The notes beneath the pieces were generated by a model. That model was not told the origin of the DNA and made no database searches. It saw nothing but the letters and a program-made list of their open reading frames with translations. Below, in pieces: positions 61,773 through 64,000 of a stretch of 64,000 nt of DNA. The stretch's first letter is position 1, and each line of letters starts with the position of its first letter. The DNA is from Candidatus Cloacimonadales bacterium (lineage in GTDB: Bacteria > Cloacimonadota > Cloacimonadia > Cloacimonadales > JAIOQZ01). Made by a program: the position numbers and the translations under genes. The DNA is taken from assembly GCA_963662655.2 (NCBI GenBank), contig CAXXTU010000002.1:1600001-1664000 (forward strand), in the 5' to 3' direction.

Positions 61773-62210
61773 TCATTCAAGAATTTCAACAAGAAACTCC
61801 TTCACTCCCGCTCCGATCAAGCCAATCTGTTTAGCCGCGGCGTATGAAAGGTCCAGATCCCTTCCTTCCACATGCGGCCCGCGGTCATTCACCTTCACTT
61901 CTACCGATTTTCCTGTCGCTTCGTCGGTTACACGCAGCATGGTTCCAAAAGGCAAAGACAGGTGGGCGCAGGTCATTTTGTGCATATCGAAAACTTCCCC
62001 GCTGGCAGTAGGCCTGCCGTGGAATTTCGAACCATAGTACGAGCAGACCATGTGCATCGTCTTTCCGGGCGTTGCCTCCAGCTTGACTTTCGGCTTGAGA
62101 ATCTTCACCTTTTTCTGCGTTACAAACGTAGGATTCGCCGTACAGCCTGCCATCAGTAAAACGTACGCGACCGCCAACAGGATTGGCCGTAAGATAGCTC
62201 TTTTATTCAT
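61773..62210 (-). CDS. rlpA: RlpA-family lytic transglycosylase lipoprotein
   Basis: Lipobox MAGC; SYYG..FHGRPTASGE, VNDRGP, DLSYAAA. Confidence 0.9.
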   Translation of the reverse strand: MNKRAILRPILLAVAYVLLMAGCTANPTFVTQKKVKILKPKVKLEATPGKTMHMVCSYYGSKFHGRPTASGEVFDMHKMTCAHLSLPFGTMLRVTDEATGKSVEVKVNDRGPHVEGRDLDLSYAAAKQIGLIGAGVKEFLVEILE

Positions 62211-62916
62211 CAAAGTCATCGTGAAACACCAGCATTTGCGTGAAATCCGTGTAGTCCCTGAATGTCATGGAAGTTGCCTGTTTGAAGCGGTCGAGGATAT
62301 CGACCATCCTCTGCGTCGCGTCTTCAATCTTCTTCATATAATGCTCAACCTTCGGATCGTTCTCGTTGCACTGCTTCTGAACGTGGAGCTTGAACAGCTC
62401 GAGATTCCCTTTAACGATCATGAGCGGCTGGTTGATCTCGTGATTGGCCGTGACCGCCATCGCCAGGGCAGTGTTCTTCTTCTCGTTCATTATGTTACGA
62501 TCGTGTAATTCCTTCAAGCGGAGGTAGGAACGAACGCGCATCTTTACGATGTAGTCCTCGACGGGCTTGGTCAGGATGTCGTCCGCACCTGCATTGAGCA
62601 TCCGTTCCCGCTCCTCGTCGTTACTTCGATCGATTGCCGTAATGAAAATCACCGGACAGAAGCCTTCGCGAGCCTTGATTGACTTGCATGCTTCGTATCC
62701 GTCCATTACAGGCATTCTTACGTCCAATAATACGATATCGGGATTAAAAATGTCAAATTTTTTAACACCCTCTTCGCCATTGGCCGCCGTCTCGATCTCG
62801 TACTTCTCCTCTTCCTCCAGAATCGCCTGCATATACTGGCGATTGATCTTATCGTTCTCAACGATCAGTATCTTGTTCGGCTGATGGTTGTCTTCATTGT
62901 CAAATCTAATCTGCAC
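62203..62916 (-). CDS. Response regulator receiver plus HisKA-like dimerisation helix
   Basis: ILIVEND, LLDVRMPVMDG, ITA, KP; HEINQPL H-box with no HATPase domain. Confidence 0.85.
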   Translation of the reverse strand: MQIRFDNEDNHQPNKILIVENDKINRQYMQAILEEEEKYEIETAANGEEGVKKFDIFNPDIVLLDVRMPVMDGYEACKSIKAREGFCPVIFITAIDRSNDEERERMLNAGADDILTKPVEDYIVKMRVRSYLRLKELHDRNIMNEKKNTALAMAVTANHEINQPLMIVKGNLELFKLHVQKQCNENDPKVEHYMKKIEDATQRMVDILDRFKQATSMTFRDYTDFTQMLVFHDDFDE

Positions 62917-62944
62917 GATATCCTCTCAATCAGCTTTCGTGAGT

Positions 62945-64000
62945 TTATTCCGTATTGCTCTCCATCAATTGCTGGCAAATGATCGCTGCGCTTATCATGG
63001 AAAAGCGCTTCGCATAACTCCCGACATTCACATAGCACACGATGGGGAAAGTCCACTCGAGCACCGCCAGCCGATAGGGCATCATATCTTCTTCGAAAAT
63101 CGTTACTTGCTTCGCGTAATTTCTCAAGCTGTAGATCACTTCCCACGCCTTCTTCAAACCGGGATCCTCGTCGTCGTTGCAGTACGGAAGCGGATCCCCC
63201 ATCCTTTGCTGTTTTTGCAGCTTGTATTCCAACCGCACAAGTCGCTCGAGATCCTCCTGTGATTCGAGATGCGTGAACTCCGTCTTCACAATGGGCTCCA
63301 GACGGGCGAAATCGGCAACAGCGTTTCGTATCCGGGTTTCTGAGAAATCGATAACGTAGATGTTCTCTTTTTCATCCAGCAGGATGTTCTGCATGTTCAG
63401 GTCGCCGTGGATCGGGCAGGTGTACCACTGGATCGTCTTAGCATGATCATATCGGTTCTTCAAATACCAGTATGGATTCACCAGCTTCTTCTGCAGTTCA
63501 GGAATAAAAATCTCCTTCTCGTCCGCGCTGATCCCAAATTGCTTTTCCGCCTCTTCGAAGATCGCCGTAAACATGCGTCGCGGATCGTGATCGCGATAGG
63601 GCTGAATCTCCTCCCAGCGCGGCTGACCGTACCAGGGTTTGAGTATTTTCGTAAACACCCTGTGCAAAATCTTGAGGCTCCTAACGATGTCGTCGTGACG
63701 GTAGATGTCGGTGAACATGCGCAACTGGCTTTCCGGCCCGTTGATCCCCAAAAAGTTGTATCGTAAGCCTGCCCAGTCTTCTTCGTAGTGTTCGCCCATA
63801 ATGGTGGTACTGTTGTTGTGGATGAACGGCTTCACAAACTTCGTGCAGCCAACCACCTCCGAGCGAGTGACTTCGGGAGAGCCCATCTTCAACACGGACG
63901 GCAGCAGCTTGCGGCCTTGTCTGTCGTAGCCCTCTACGCGATAGGTCTTCGAGGTGAAGCCTCCGGTGAGTCGCTTGAGCGAAACGCGGCTGCAACCCCG
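62945..64000 (-). CDS. APH/kinase-like phosphotransferase (TCAD9-like), 5' end outside window
   Basis: Frame open to window end (LTGGFTSKTY..VLKMG); IHGDLNMQNILL, IDFSET, DFARLE. Confidence 0.72.
   Translation of the reverse strand, partial: RGCSRVSLKRLTGGFTSKTYRVEGYDRQGRKLLPSVLKMGSPEVTRSEVVGCTKFVKPFIHNNSTTIMGEHYEEDWAGLRYNFLGINGPESQLRMFTDIYRHDDIVRSLKILHRVFTKILKPWYGQPRWEEIQPYRDHDPRRMFTAIFEEAEKQFGISADEKEIFIPELQKKLVNPYWYLKNRYDHAKTIQWYTCPIHGDLNMQNILLDEKENIYVIDFSETRIRNAVADFARLEPIVKTEFTHLESQEDLERLVRLEYKLQKQQRMGDPLPYCNDDEDPGLKKAWEVIYSLRNYAKQVTIFEEDMMPYRLAVLEWTFPIVCYVNVGSYAKRFSMISAAIICQQLMESNTE

Noticed and set aside
60787..62037. Long antisense and alternate-frame ORFs (also 29348-30316, 52571-53584, 54998-56029 and others)
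   Set aside because: They shadow well-supported genes on the opposite strand and have no recognisable motifs.

Overview
Bacterial chromosomal window. Six secreted proteins ending in a FlgD-Ig/T9SS-type sorting domain, plus Rnf, LptF and an Omp85 barrel, suggest a diderm anaerobe, possibly Cloacimonadota-like (inference). It is mostly housekeeping genes: hypB end, MCP, phnCDE-like ABC, rnfCDGEAB, ribD, queC, topB, mtaB, ackA, gltX, holB, ribE, recR, folC, rlpA. Mobile DNA consists of an intact IS3-family element that truncates a Mu-like transposase/cro/cI remnant, and an AT-rich GIY-YIG gene bracketed by inverted REP-like repeats. The most striking unexplained signal is intergenic. Five same-strand copies (plus a decayed half copy) of a 119-219 nt rod-like hairpin share near-invariant internal-loop motifs (A-GC-AGA-TTCGTTYGAT...GTGG-TGTTT-CAC...GTG-GTATAT-CCAC...ATCGGGCGAA-GAT-GC). 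Their 11-13 bp stems differ completely in sequence yet always pair. One copy forms a direct repeat around an 841-bp single-gene cassette. A second family of four-way-junction elements with a GTGCGC-GAA-GCGCAC arm occurs twice. These look like structure-defined ssDNA/RNA elements whose partner enzyme is not identifiable in this window. No rRNA, tRNA or CRISPR array was seen. All calls are by eye from motifs; no searches were run.
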